From: a virus | Lineage: Duplodnaviria > Heunggongvirae > Uroviricota > Caudoviricetes | Direction: 5' to 3' (one strand) | Virus record (IMG/VR): IMGVR_UViG_2563366903_000014 | Length of the DNA stretch: 9,380 bases | Part shown: positions 1 through 7,280 of the stretch, one piece after another | Position numbering within the stretch: the first letter of the stretch is position 1 | Layout: every line of letters begins with the position of its first letter | Program-made: the position numbers and the translations under genes | The notes under the pieces: model-generated | Databases searched by the model: none | What the model was told of the DNA's origin: nothing | What the model saw: the letters and a program-made list of their open reading frames with translations, nothing else

Positions 1-747
1 AATTGTGTCCTTCGTAGTAATTAAACATCAAGAAACCTTAACAACATCCAATAAAGATTATATTGTATTCAGATATGCAGTAGTATTATTTATTTTTATC
101 AATGTACAATTCCTGTAATCTTTCCTGCTATTTCCTTTCAAAATATTTCACAATAAAGTGATAGAACTAATACCCAACATCAGTTAAAAATATTCGCAAA
201 GTACTCCATCACTATCTACAACGCAACTCCATTTCAATATATTCTCTGTTAATCTCATTTTTGTATTCTGTTCAGATTGAATAAAACTCCCCATGATTTC
301 CCATGTTCAAATCAGGAAATACTGATGATCTGATTTCTTTAGATCAAATTTCTGAGATTACTTTATATTTATCTATCAAGCTGTATACCTTTATACCTGT
401 TATACCAGAGCAAAAAACAAATGAGCTACAACATAAAACCTGTTTTGCAATAAAGCTCACAAATTAAGCATATTTCCATATCTGATAGTCGTTACAAACA
501 AGTCTTTTCCAGCCGTTACTTCCAGCATTACCGTATGGCTGACATTTACGAGGCGGATTTGAGTTCACTGTCAGTTACGGGCTGTGTATTTGCGCGCGCC
601 CACTGTCTGGATCGGGGGACACGTTTATCCGGCGTTGCTCCCATGCTTCGGTCACCCTCCACATGTACGCCATCGCTACGCAGTCAAACTAACCAATTAC
701 TGCGGCAGGACTCTCACCTGCAAGACACTGAGCAGCTTTCGAACCGC

Positions 748-1188
748 TCAGAACGGGATATCGTCAGGGAACAGGTCATCGTGATTATTCTGCGGTGGAT
801 GTCCCCGTGATGAGGTCTGTGCCCCTGTGTTTTGTGGCTGGCCTGTGTGTTTTCTCTGACCTCCACCAGGGCGAACAGTACGGGCACTGATTACGCTGTC
901 GGCGATAACCTGCCACCCCTGCCGCGTCTCCCCGTTCTGTCCGGTCCACTGGCTTATCTGCATGTTACCCGCCACGCTGATAAGGTCGCCTTTCTGGTGC
1001 TTCGCCAGATGGTCGGCCTGTTTACCAAAGGCTGTTACGGCAAGCCATAGAGTCGCCTGTCCGTCATCTGCGTTATGGCACGGTACGGATACCGCCATTC
1101 TCGCCAGCGTCATGTTTGTACCCTTGCTGGTCTGTTTTACCTGCGGGTCGTCCACCAGCCGCCCGTAAGCTGCAATCTGTGCTGTCAT
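748..1188 (-). CDS. ssb: Single-stranded DNA-binding protein (short phage/plasmid-type SSB)
   Basis: 146 aa; OB-fold pattern resembling E. coli SSB (IAAYGRLVDDPQV...TLWLAVTAFGKQADHLAKHQKGDLISVAGNMQISQWTGQNGETRQGW); Gly/Gln/Pro-rich linker; C-terminus ends DDIPF, the canonical SSB acidic tip. ATG at 1186-1188 overlaps stop of upstream ORF (ATGA). Confidence 0.85.
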   Translation of the reverse strand: MTAQIAAYGRLVDDPQVKQTSKGTNMTLARMAVSVPCHNADDGQATLWLAVTAFGKQADHLAKHQKGDLISVAGNMQISQWTGQNGETRQGWQVIADSVISARTVRPGGGQRKHTGQPQNTGAQTSSRGHPPQNNHDDLFPDDIPF

Positions 1189-1634
1189 GGTCTGCGCTCC
1201 TTGTTCCGGTACTCCTGGATAATATCCATTGTCATATCAAATAAATCACACGCTGCTTTTTCTGCGTCTTCTGCTTTCAGGTCATACAGCGTCATGAAAT
1301 GGTGAGTGATTGCCCGTGCGGCTCTTTTGCTGTTTGCTGCATATTGCTCATAGATTTTTTCTGCCCTATCCTCAATGTCTCGCCGGAATTCTTCACGCTC
1401 AAACAGGTCGCGGTGTATCAACACCAGCGAGTCATTCAGCCATGTCACATCGGCGTAGACTGTTCGCTTCCAGACAATCAGGATCGGGATATGATTTTCA
1501 TCGCAGTAATGCAGATGTTTTCCTGGCACTAAAAGCACTGGCCTGCCTCGTGCCGATACGAACTTCACAACAGATCCCTGTTCGGTTAAATCGATGGCGG
1601 GTGAGTGTGATTTTTTAGCGTGTTTCTCTGTCAT
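1185..1634 (-). CDS. Hypothetical protein (149 aa), translationally coupled to ssb
   Basis: ORF with GAGGAAA Shine-Dalgarno 8 nt upstream of ATG at 1632-1634; stop overlaps ssb start (ATGA). No family recognised by eye. Confidence 0.55.
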   Translation of the reverse strand: MTEKHAKKSHSPAIDLTEQGSVVKFVSARGRPVLLVPGKHLHYCDENHIPILIVWKRTVYADVTWLNDSLVLIHRDLFEREEFRRDIEDRAEKIYEQYAANSKRAARAITHHFMTLYDLKAEDAEKAACDLFDMTMDIIQEYRNKERRP

Positions 1635-1730
1635 AAAATTTTCCTCAAAGGAATAAATAAAAATTTATGCCAAAAGACTGTTCAACTGTTCATCTTTTGC
1701 TATTTCATCTTTAAATTCATGAGGTTAAAG

Positions 1731-1908
1731 GGTGAACACTTTTTGTAAAGGTGTTCACCAACTGTTCACCCTGTTCACCCGCTCGCCGTTCAAAAATCAA
1801 ACAAAAGGGTGAACAGGTGAACACTCCGGTGAATAGTTTTACAAAACTATTCACCCATTAACTTACTGATATCAAATGTATTTGTCACAGGGTGAACAGC
1901 GGTGAACA
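1731..1908. repeat. Iteron cluster: 8 perfect copies of octamer GGTGAACA/TGTTCACC (both orientations) plus a degenerate palindromic pair; putative replication origin (P4 ori/crr-like) with adjacent AT-rich stretch 1640..1730
   Basis: GGTGAACA at 1731, 1808, 1816, 1891, 1901; TGTTCACC at 1752, 1763, 1772; GGTGAATA (1828) / TATTCACC (1848) form a perfect inverted repeat around TTTTACAAAA. Lies directly downstream of the primase/helicase gene. TGTTCACC is, to my recollection, the type I iteron bound by phage P4 alpha protein. Confidence 0.75.
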
Positions 1909-1921
1909 GTTTTTCTATAAC

Positions 1922-3742
1922 TTAATTTTTATCACCCTCATTTTTCACTGGTGCACATGACGGCAGCCAGTCCTCAGACTCATCCATCAGTATCACGTTT
2001 GATCGCACACCTTCTTTCGTTCTCTTTTTCATATACTCCCTGCCATATTCCGCCATTGCGCCTGGCATATCTGCACCGAAGCGCGTCAGTGTTACGGGCT
2101 TACTGAAACCGTGCGCCCTCATATACGAGAGATAGGCGTGATAGAGATAACGGCGCGGACTGAACGGAATAATCTCAGCATTACCGACTAACAGGCCGTC
2201 ACACATTACCGACGACATGAGATAGCCGCAGAAGTCCACCAGCGAATCCCCCTCACGCTTTATTGCAAGGGCTTCTTCTGATTTCTGCTGCTCATGTAAC
2301 AGGCGTCTGGCTTCGTCCTGGTCAGAAAAGCGCGTAAGCAGATGACGAATCACTACAGCAAGCTCACCCTCTATTTTTTCCGGCAGCATCGGATCGCGCT
2401 CGTTTTCCGGTACAACCTCCGAAAAATTGAATATCACACGACGACGCGAGATCCCCCCGCTGCGGTCACTGAATGACATGGCGCTGTTGTTAACCGCCAG
2501 CACTACCGCCGGAATACGCGTTGAGTATGGCGCTTTGTGTTTCGGGTCAATTGCCACCTTGTCACCGCCCGTAATGGCCTTTATTCCTGCTCCATCACCC
2601 GCGTAGCGGGTCATATCCGGCAGAATAATCAGTGAAAAGCCAACCACTAACGCGCGTTCCCTTGCATCCTCCAGTGCCTTCATGCTTGCCGATACCGTGT
2701 TGGCCTTACCCGCCAGCATGGTACAAATCTCCGCCATAACGCTTTTACCGCTTCCACCAGGACCAGTTACCTCAATGAATAACTGCCAGTCGTACCGGTT
2801 CGCCAGCACCATAAATAACGCTGCCAGTACGCGATCCGCCTTGCGGTCATTCTCTGCCACCGAACGGCGCAACCATTTCCAGAAATTCGGCGCATGTGTT
2901 GCCAGCGTTTCACCCTCTGCTGGTGGAGTGAACGGTAACTCACTGGCAATTAACAGCCAGTCATCTTTATCGTGTTCCCGAAAATCACCTGTACGGGTAT
3001 CAAATACCCCGTTGCTGAATCCAATCAGGTGACGGGCGGTATTACCCATTACGGGTAAACTTAACTTCATTGTGTCAACTGCCGATTTAATGGCGTTTTG
3101 TGAATAGCAGATATCTTCGTCAATGAAGATTTGCGCCATTGTGCGCTGTAGCTCTTTGTCCTGCACGGGGGACCATATAACCCCGTTGTAATAGTGAACT
3201 GTGTCAGAGTCAGGGTTTATTGCCAGTTCCCCTCCGTAATGAGCAAGAAGAACCCTGCCACGCTGGCTGGCCCCCATCTGGTTAAGTGCCAGTGACGAAT
3301 CATCACCCTGTCCCCGCGCTTTTTTCTTTACAGGCAGCTCAATAACCAGCCCGTCAGAAATGTTTTTGCGTTCAATATCCAGATAGTTACGCCAGTTCTG
3401 CCGCTCGTTGTGGTGCATTCCTTCAGGGTAGTAATCAGCATCCTGTATACCTGCGGCTGCCAGCTTCTGACCGATGCCTTTGACCATCATCTGATCGAGG
3501 TGTCCGGCCTTGTATATACGCGCTGATTTGCGCCCGTCGGGCACAATTTTCAGATTGCCAATATCCTTAAGTTGTTCATCAGAAAGCACGACTGGCGGAA
3601 CATCATCACCTGCAAGTCGTCCCTCCTGCTCCTGCCACTGTTTCGCGTGCGCCCACGCATCACTGCCAGCGAAAATAATCACTTCCGTATCGGCGTGTTT
3701 TTTCCCTCGCGGCTGTTTTTTTAAGTTCGGTGCGCTTTTCAT
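1922..3742 (-). CDS. DNA primase/helicase, P4 alpha-like (phage/plasmid primase with C-terminal P-loop NTPase domain)
   Basis: 606 aa; Walker A motif GPGGSGKS in the C-terminal half; N-terminal region primase-like; start ATG overlaps stop of upstream small ORF (ATGA at 3739-3742); iterons immediately downstream. Confidence 0.88.
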   Translation of the reverse strand: MKSAPNLKKQPRGKKHADTEVIIFAGSDAWAHAKQWQEQEGRLAGDDVPPVVLSDEQLKDIGNLKIVPDGRKSARIYKAGHLDQMMVKGIGQKLAAAGIQDADYYPEGMHHNERQNWRNYLDIERKNISDGLVIELPVKKKARGQGDDSSLALNQMGASQRGRVLLAHYGGELAINPDSDTVHYYNGVIWSPVQDKELQRTMAQIFIDEDICYSQNAIKSAVDTMKLSLPVMGNTARHLIGFSNGVFDTRTGDFREHDKDDWLLIASELPFTPPAEGETLATHAPNFWKWLRRSVAENDRKADRVLAALFMVLANRYDWQLFIEVTGPGGSGKSVMAEICTMLAGKANTVSASMKALEDARERALVVGFSLIILPDMTRYAGDGAGIKAITGGDKVAIDPKHKAPYSTRIPAVVLAVNNSAMSFSDRSGGISRRRVIFNFSEVVPENERDPMLPEKIEGELAVVIRHLLTRFSDQDEARRLLHEQQKSEEALAIKREGDSLVDFCGYLMSSVMCDGLLVGNAEIIPFSPRRYLYHAYLSYMRAHGFSKPVTLTRFGADMPGAMAEYGREYMKKRTKEGVRSNVILMDESEDWLPSCAPVKNEGDKN

Positions 3743-4032
3743 TTCTTACCTCTGCTGATCGTCTTCTTCATGGCCTTAACATGCGCCTTTGCTTTGTTGT
3801 TGCTGGTTGGGCTACGACGTGGTACGGCCTGCACCAGGGAAAAATCACGCCGGAACTGACAAACAGGCATCACGCAGTCATAGTCATACCCTTCACGGCG
3901 GTAGGTGATGCGCCGTTCCCTCATGCTGATAATCATCACGATGCCGCCGTACTTATCGCGGTAAATATCCCCGCGCATAAATTCGGGTTGAGTTTTGCCA
4001 CTGGCAGTTAAGCCAGTATTTTTTGATTTCAT
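3739..4032 (-). CDS. Hypothetical small basic protein (97 aa) immediately upstream of and coupled to primase
   Basis: AGGAG Shine-Dalgarno about 10 nt upstream of ATG at 4030-4032; stop overlaps primase start. Very basic C-terminus. Function unknown. Confidence 0.5.
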   Translation of the reverse strand: MKSKNTGLTASGKTQPEFMRGDIYRDKYGGIVMIISMRERRITYRREGYDYDCVMPVCQFRRDFSLVQAVPRRSPTSNNKAKAHVKAMKKTISRGKK

Positions 4033-4089
4033 TTAATTAATCTCCTGAAGGCGTCGTCTTAATCTTTATTTCCTGTTTATTTTTCTCCG

Positions 4090-4293
4090 TTATTGTTCAG
4101 CGCGTTTTTCTTCCTCCGTCATTAACCATACCGCCACATTTGCGGAAAGTTGTTTAATCAGTCCCGCAATAACAGAAAGGTCATGGTCGTCAATTTCTTC
4201 GTGGTTACGTTCTATCATGCGCTCAATCATGCGGCTGATTACTTCGACCTGCTGCGCTTTCAGTGATGCTTCTGCCAGTGTTATTTCCTGCAT
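4090..4293 (-). CDS. Hypothetical protein (67 aa), predicted helical, acidic
   Basis: ATG at 4291-4293 shares one nucleotide with stop TAA of upstream ORF (TAATG); GGGGTG SD-like sequence upstream. Confidence 0.45.
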   Translation of the reverse strand: MQEITLAEASLKAQQVEVISRMIERMIERNHEEIDDHDLSVIAGLIKQLSANVAVWLMTEEEKRAEQ

Positions 4294-4478
4294 TACTGCA
4301 CCCCATTTATTTCATGAACGGCGTGGATAATTACGCCGGATAAACCGGCTTTAGCTGATTTGTTAATTACTGTGCTGATTGCAGCCTGGACGTTTTCGGC
4401 CTTCACGTTCTGCGTGATGCCAACGGTATAGCCGCGATTATTAACAGCACGGGAAAAGACGCGGAAGGTTTTAAGCAT
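4293..4478 (-). CDS. Hypothetical protein (61 aa)
   Basis: Strong Shine-Dalgarno AGGAGGTGA 5 nt upstream of ATG at 4476-4478; first gene of the leftward operon ending in primase. Confidence 0.55.
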   Translation of the reverse strand: MLKTFRVFSRAVNNRGYTVGITQNVKAENVQAAISTVINKSAKAGLSGVIIHAVHEINGVQ

Positions 4479-5110
4479 GAGTCACCTCCTGACGGATACG
4501 GGCGACAAAAATCAGATGTGCGTGCGGCAGCTGCGCGCGTGCTTCGCGCTCAGTGGCAGCTGTAACGGTGAATATTGCAATGCTGCCTGTCAGGCACTGC
4601 ATAAAGCGCCAGACAAAGTAAGGGCGTGCAGATACAGCCATGTGAAAGGCACCTCTGACTTTGGGATTATACCCACCGCCCAAGAGGCCAATCTTGCTGG
4701 CGGTGGACTGTACGGAATTGGCCTTACTGGTGTTAGAGGAAACCAGCCTTCCCGAAGGAAGTTCCATACAGCCCACCATTGTTGAGGTGTGCGTGTGCGC
4801 CGATACAAAAAAAGACGCTGGCGCGTCGTGTATCGCCTCTAACTCCAGCGGGAGGCCAATCCCGATCCCCGTTTTATAAGGGATAGCCTCAGTATATGCC
4901 GCTTTTTTGCTTAAGTGGTCGGATGTGTTGCGAGAAAAGTTTGTGCGAAAAATACCTGCGTTTTCTTTGAAAGCACATAATAACATCACGTTATTTATGT
5001 TTATGCAGTGTGTCGCAAAGCGACCTGAATCATCACGCAAATTACAACCATAAAAAATACCTGCGCTGTGATATGAGGTACTACAGCGCACCGCTTTACG
5101 GGTACAGACA
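4479..5110. promoter_or_regulatory. Candidate divergent control region between leftward replication operon and rightward small-ORF unit (palindromes, direct repeats, hairpins)
   Basis: 13-bp palindrome TGCCTGTCAGGCA (4584-4596); hairpin CCACCGCC...GGCGGTGG (4673-4706); GGCCAAT motif three times (4686, 4854, and inverted at 4716); hairpin GACGC-tggc-GCGTC (4814-4827) preceded by A7; 13-nt direct repeat AAAAATACCTGCG (4948-4960 and 5053-5065). Specific -35/-10 hexamers could not be assigned with confidence. Confidence 0.4.
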
Positions 5111-5290
5111 ATGACCAACGAAGAATTACAGGCAATCGCATTATCCATACTTGAGCGCCAGCGCGAAAAAGCACGCCAGAAGCGAGAGTATTTGCTTAAT
5201 CCACCTCCTCTCACCAGACCAAAACGATTTGCGCTTGAAGCATTTCTGGATAAATGCCCTCGGCGGTTAATCTCGCCTAAAAACCGATAG
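5111..5290 (+). CDS. Small basic protein, paralog A (59 aa); unknown family
   Basis: ATG 5111, TAG 5288-5290; C-terminal KRFALEAFLDKCPRRLISPKNR is paralogous to the C-terminus of the next ORF; several nucleotide differences between the two copies are synonymous in this frame (gcg/gca, ctg/ctc, cct/cca, tta/cta, aac/aat, cga/cgc). Confidence 0.4.
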   Translation: MTNEELQAIALSILERQREKARQKREYLLNPPPLTRPKRFALEAFLDKCPRRLISPKNR

Positions 5291-5386
5291 CGATCCGCTT
5301 TTGCTTCTCCGACTCCATAAAGCGAATAAAAACCATCAGCGCCGTGGTGTGAGGTACTGCGTCGCTCAGCTGTACAGGAAATAAGT

Positions 5387-5665
5387 ATGGATTTATCACC
5401 AGACGATGAGAAATTTTTACGACAACTACAACACCAACTACTCATGGATGCCATTGTCGAGCAGCAAACAAAGAGCAGCCCGATAGATTCATCGCTGAAT
5501 AAAAAGGCCGCCTCCCGTTTTATTGAAAACAGGATAAGGCGCGGAAAAACATGTGACGACGAGTCAAAGGCATCGCATACAAGAGATAAAAAATTTGCAC
5601 TTGAAGAGTTTCTCAGGAAATACCCACGGCGGCTAAAAGCAACCAAAAATCGCCCGCCAGGCTGA
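5387..5665 (+). CDS. Small basic protein, paralog B (92 aa); unknown family
   Basis: AGGAAA SD 6 nt upstream of ATG 5387; C-terminal KKFALEEFLRKYPRRLKATKNR matches paralog A; conserved upstream leader motif GTG-TGAGGTACT shared with paralog A; intrinsic terminator downstream. Confidence 0.5.
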   Translation: MDLSPDDEKFLRQLQHQLLMDAIVEQQTKSSPIDSSLNKKAASRFIENRIRRGKTCDDESKASHTRDKKFALEEFLRKYPRRLKATKNRPPG

Positions 5666-5731
5666 TAGCATTGTCCACCAGCTACACTCATGGCATAGTT
5701 GGTGATGCGCTTGATTTCCTTTATCTCCACT

Positions 5732-5762
5732 GGCGACCCTTCCATGGTCGCCTTTGTTTTGC
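5732..5762 (+). terminator. Rho-independent terminator for the rightward small-ORF unit
   Basis: Perfect 7-bp GC-rich stem GGCGACC / GGTCGCC (5732-5738 / 5746-5752) with 7-nt loop, followed by TTTGTTTTG on the plus strand; sits between convergent genes. Confidence 0.55.
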
Positions 5763-5765
5763 CTG

Positions 5766-5978
5766 TCATTCCTGCATCATGCGGATATTCGCGCCGTACA
5801 GGGCCGCCAGCGCGATAATTTGATAAAACCTCCCCAAGTATTGCTTAACGTGTTTCATGCGCTCAGCGGCGAAATGGCTCACGATATGGCGCATGTAATC
5901 AGCATGGTTGATGTTCAGTAGTGCGAACTTATCCGCCGTGTCGATGTACCGGACGGCAGGTTTGAGGATGTCAGGCAT
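5766..5978 (-). CDS. Hypothetical protein (about 70 aa), last gene of the alpA-rha operon
   Basis: ATG at 5976-5978 lies 2 nt upstream of the rha stop codon (ATGCCTGA); alternative GTG start at 5984. Confidence 0.45.
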   Translation of the reverse strand: MPDILKPAVRYIDTADKFALLNINHADYMRHIVSHFAAERMKHVKQYLGRFYQIIALAALYGANIRMMQE

Positions 5979-6708
5979 GTTCACGTTCTCCCAGGCGACG
6001 GGCCAGCCAGCGTTGGGCTAATTCGGTGAGACGTTCTTTACGTTCTGGCGTTGGCATATCCATATCCAGTAGCGCACAGTTACGGCTTTCCAGATACGCG
6101 AGCAACGCCAGTTGATCAGCGGTTATATGGTCACGAACTTTTTTTGATGGGATGCCGTTTTTTTTGGCCCATACAGGCGGGTGCATCCCTAATACAAGGC
6201 GCGCAATGAAAGTACATTCGTTGTTATAAGCATGACCGTGTTGAGTGTCTCCAGTACGCTCTATGTATCCCTTCATGGCATCCCCCATAGAGCGCATCTC
6301 AGCTTTGGCCTCACATCTCTCTGCTATCCAGTTAGCCATGCGGTTAAACTGCGCAATGTATGCCTCTTTGAATGCAGCCGCTTTTTTTCCGGTAAATCCC
6401 ATTGTTAAAAACACGAAGCCGTCTTTGGTGACTTCGTAGGCTCTCAATACGCGCCCCTTATGCTCAAATTTAACCCGCCGAAAATTGCGGGTTAAAAATT
6501 CAGCAGAACAACACAGGTTTTCAATCCGGTTAACAACCTTATCGTGATCCTTTCTGAAAAATCGGGCGATAGCCTGTGAAGTGGTTACAGGCTCACCGCC
6601 AGAAGGAAACACTTCCGGCGCAGTGAGTGCATTTTTATTTATTCCGTCAGCAATAATCTCATTGCCGGAAATTACCGAAATAATTGCGGCGAAATCATAA
6701 TTACGCAT
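5971..6708 (-). CDS. rha: Rha-family phage regulatory protein (antirepressor-like)
   Basis: 245 aa; N-terminal region carries the Rha signature (VTTSQAIARFFRKDHDKVVNRIENL ... DGFVFLTMGFTGKKAAAFKEAYIAQFNRM); start overlaps the upstream gene by 8 nt. Confidence 0.82.
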   Translation of the reverse strand: MRNYDFAAIISVISGNEIIADGINKNALTAPEVFPSGGEPVTTSQAIARFFRKDHDKVVNRIENLCCSAEFLTRNFRRVKFEHKGRVLRAYEVTKDGFVFLTMGFTGKKAAAFKEAYIAQFNRMANWIAERCEAKAEMRSMGDAMKGYIERTGDTQHGHAYNNECTFIARLVLGMHPPVWAKKNGIPSKKVRDHITADQLALLAYLESRNCALLDMDMPTPERKERLTELAQRWLARRLGEREHA

Positions 6709-7216
6709 GATTCACCCCCAGAGACGGCGCTGACGTCATCAGGCTGGCGAACGTCTCCATGCGGCGAGCAACTTCCCGCACCGCTTCGGTCGGTGTCATG
6801 CCGTTCTGTATCGCCTCGTTAAAAGCCGATATCCCGATTTCTTGTACAACTGACAACAAATGAAAGCGGTGTTTTGTTTCGTCCTGCTTGAGGTGGCGCA
6901 TATGTTCTGGGTTACGACCGCGAACAATGCGTAACAAGTAATCATGTTGCATTTCATTCAGCATATAGCGCATTTCTGGGCGACCGCGCTTATGGCCTGA
7001 TTTCAGACTATAGCGAGGCAATGCTCCCAGATCGCGTAACTGCTGCTGATGTTTTTTGATCGTCGCGCAAAGACTTTCGTGTTGTATTCCTGCTCGCTCA
7101 GAAATAACGCGGGAATCAATACGCGACTCTGCTTTGTGGCGAATCAATATATCGTTCTGGTTGATTTCAGGCTGAACGAAGCCCTGCCCCTGTACGGGCA
7201 TATTCGGACGTTTCAT
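6701..7216 (-). CDS. Hypothetical protein (171 aa), possible helix-turn-helix DNA-binding protein
   Basis: AGGAG SD 7 nt upstream of ATG 7214-7216; segment ISERAGIQHESLCATIKKH has HTH character; overlaps rha start. Function not recognised. Confidence 0.6.
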   Translation of the reverse strand: MKRPNMPVQGQGFVQPEINQNDILIRHKAESRIDSRVISERAGIQHESLCATIKKHQQQLRDLGALPRYSLKSGHKRGRPEMRYMLNEMQHDYLLRIVRGRNPEHMRHLKQDETKHRFHLLSVVQEIGISAFNEAIQNGMTPTEAVREVARRMETFASLMTSAPSLGVNHA

Positions 7217-7280
7217 TGAAAACTCCTGCTATCGGATCAGGTTTAGTGCTGGGGGAGAATATCCCCCTCCCAAAAGATTA

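Noticed and set aside
728-751. Inverted repeat CTGAGC...GCTCAG at the 3' end of ssb as a terminator
   Set aside because: It overlaps the ssb stop codon and is not followed by a U-rich tract on the minus strand; probably not an intrinsic terminator.
535-1618. Plus-strand ORFs 535..810, 584..784, 832..1050, 962..1168, 1075..1305, 1299..1532, 1310..1618
   Set aside because: Antisense to, or overlapping, the ssb and 149-aa genes, which have RBSs and translational coupling; translations are Cys/Arg/Ser-rich and junk-like.
1731-1908. Possibility that the short repeats are a CRISPR array
   Set aside because: Repeat unit is only 8 bp, occurs in both orientations with irregular short spacing and no spacer-sized unique inserts; the pattern fits replication-origin iterons, not CRISPR.
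2682-3032. Plus-strand 116-aa ORF and minus-strand 60-aa ORF (2767..2949) inside the primase/helicase gene
   Set aside because: Fully embedded in or antisense to a well-supported 606-aa gene; low-complexity translations; no independent start signals.
3510-4011. Plus-strand ORFs 3510..3758 and 3730..4011
   Set aside because: Antisense to the primase 5' end and the 97-aa ORF; no RBS; low-complexity translations.
4477-4879. ORFs 4477..4785 (+), 4590..4808 (-), 4661..4879 (+) in the control region
   Set aside because: Mutually overlapping frames in a region dominated by palindromes and hairpins; no RBS recognised; compositions not protein-like. Treated as non-coding regulatory DNA pending homology search.
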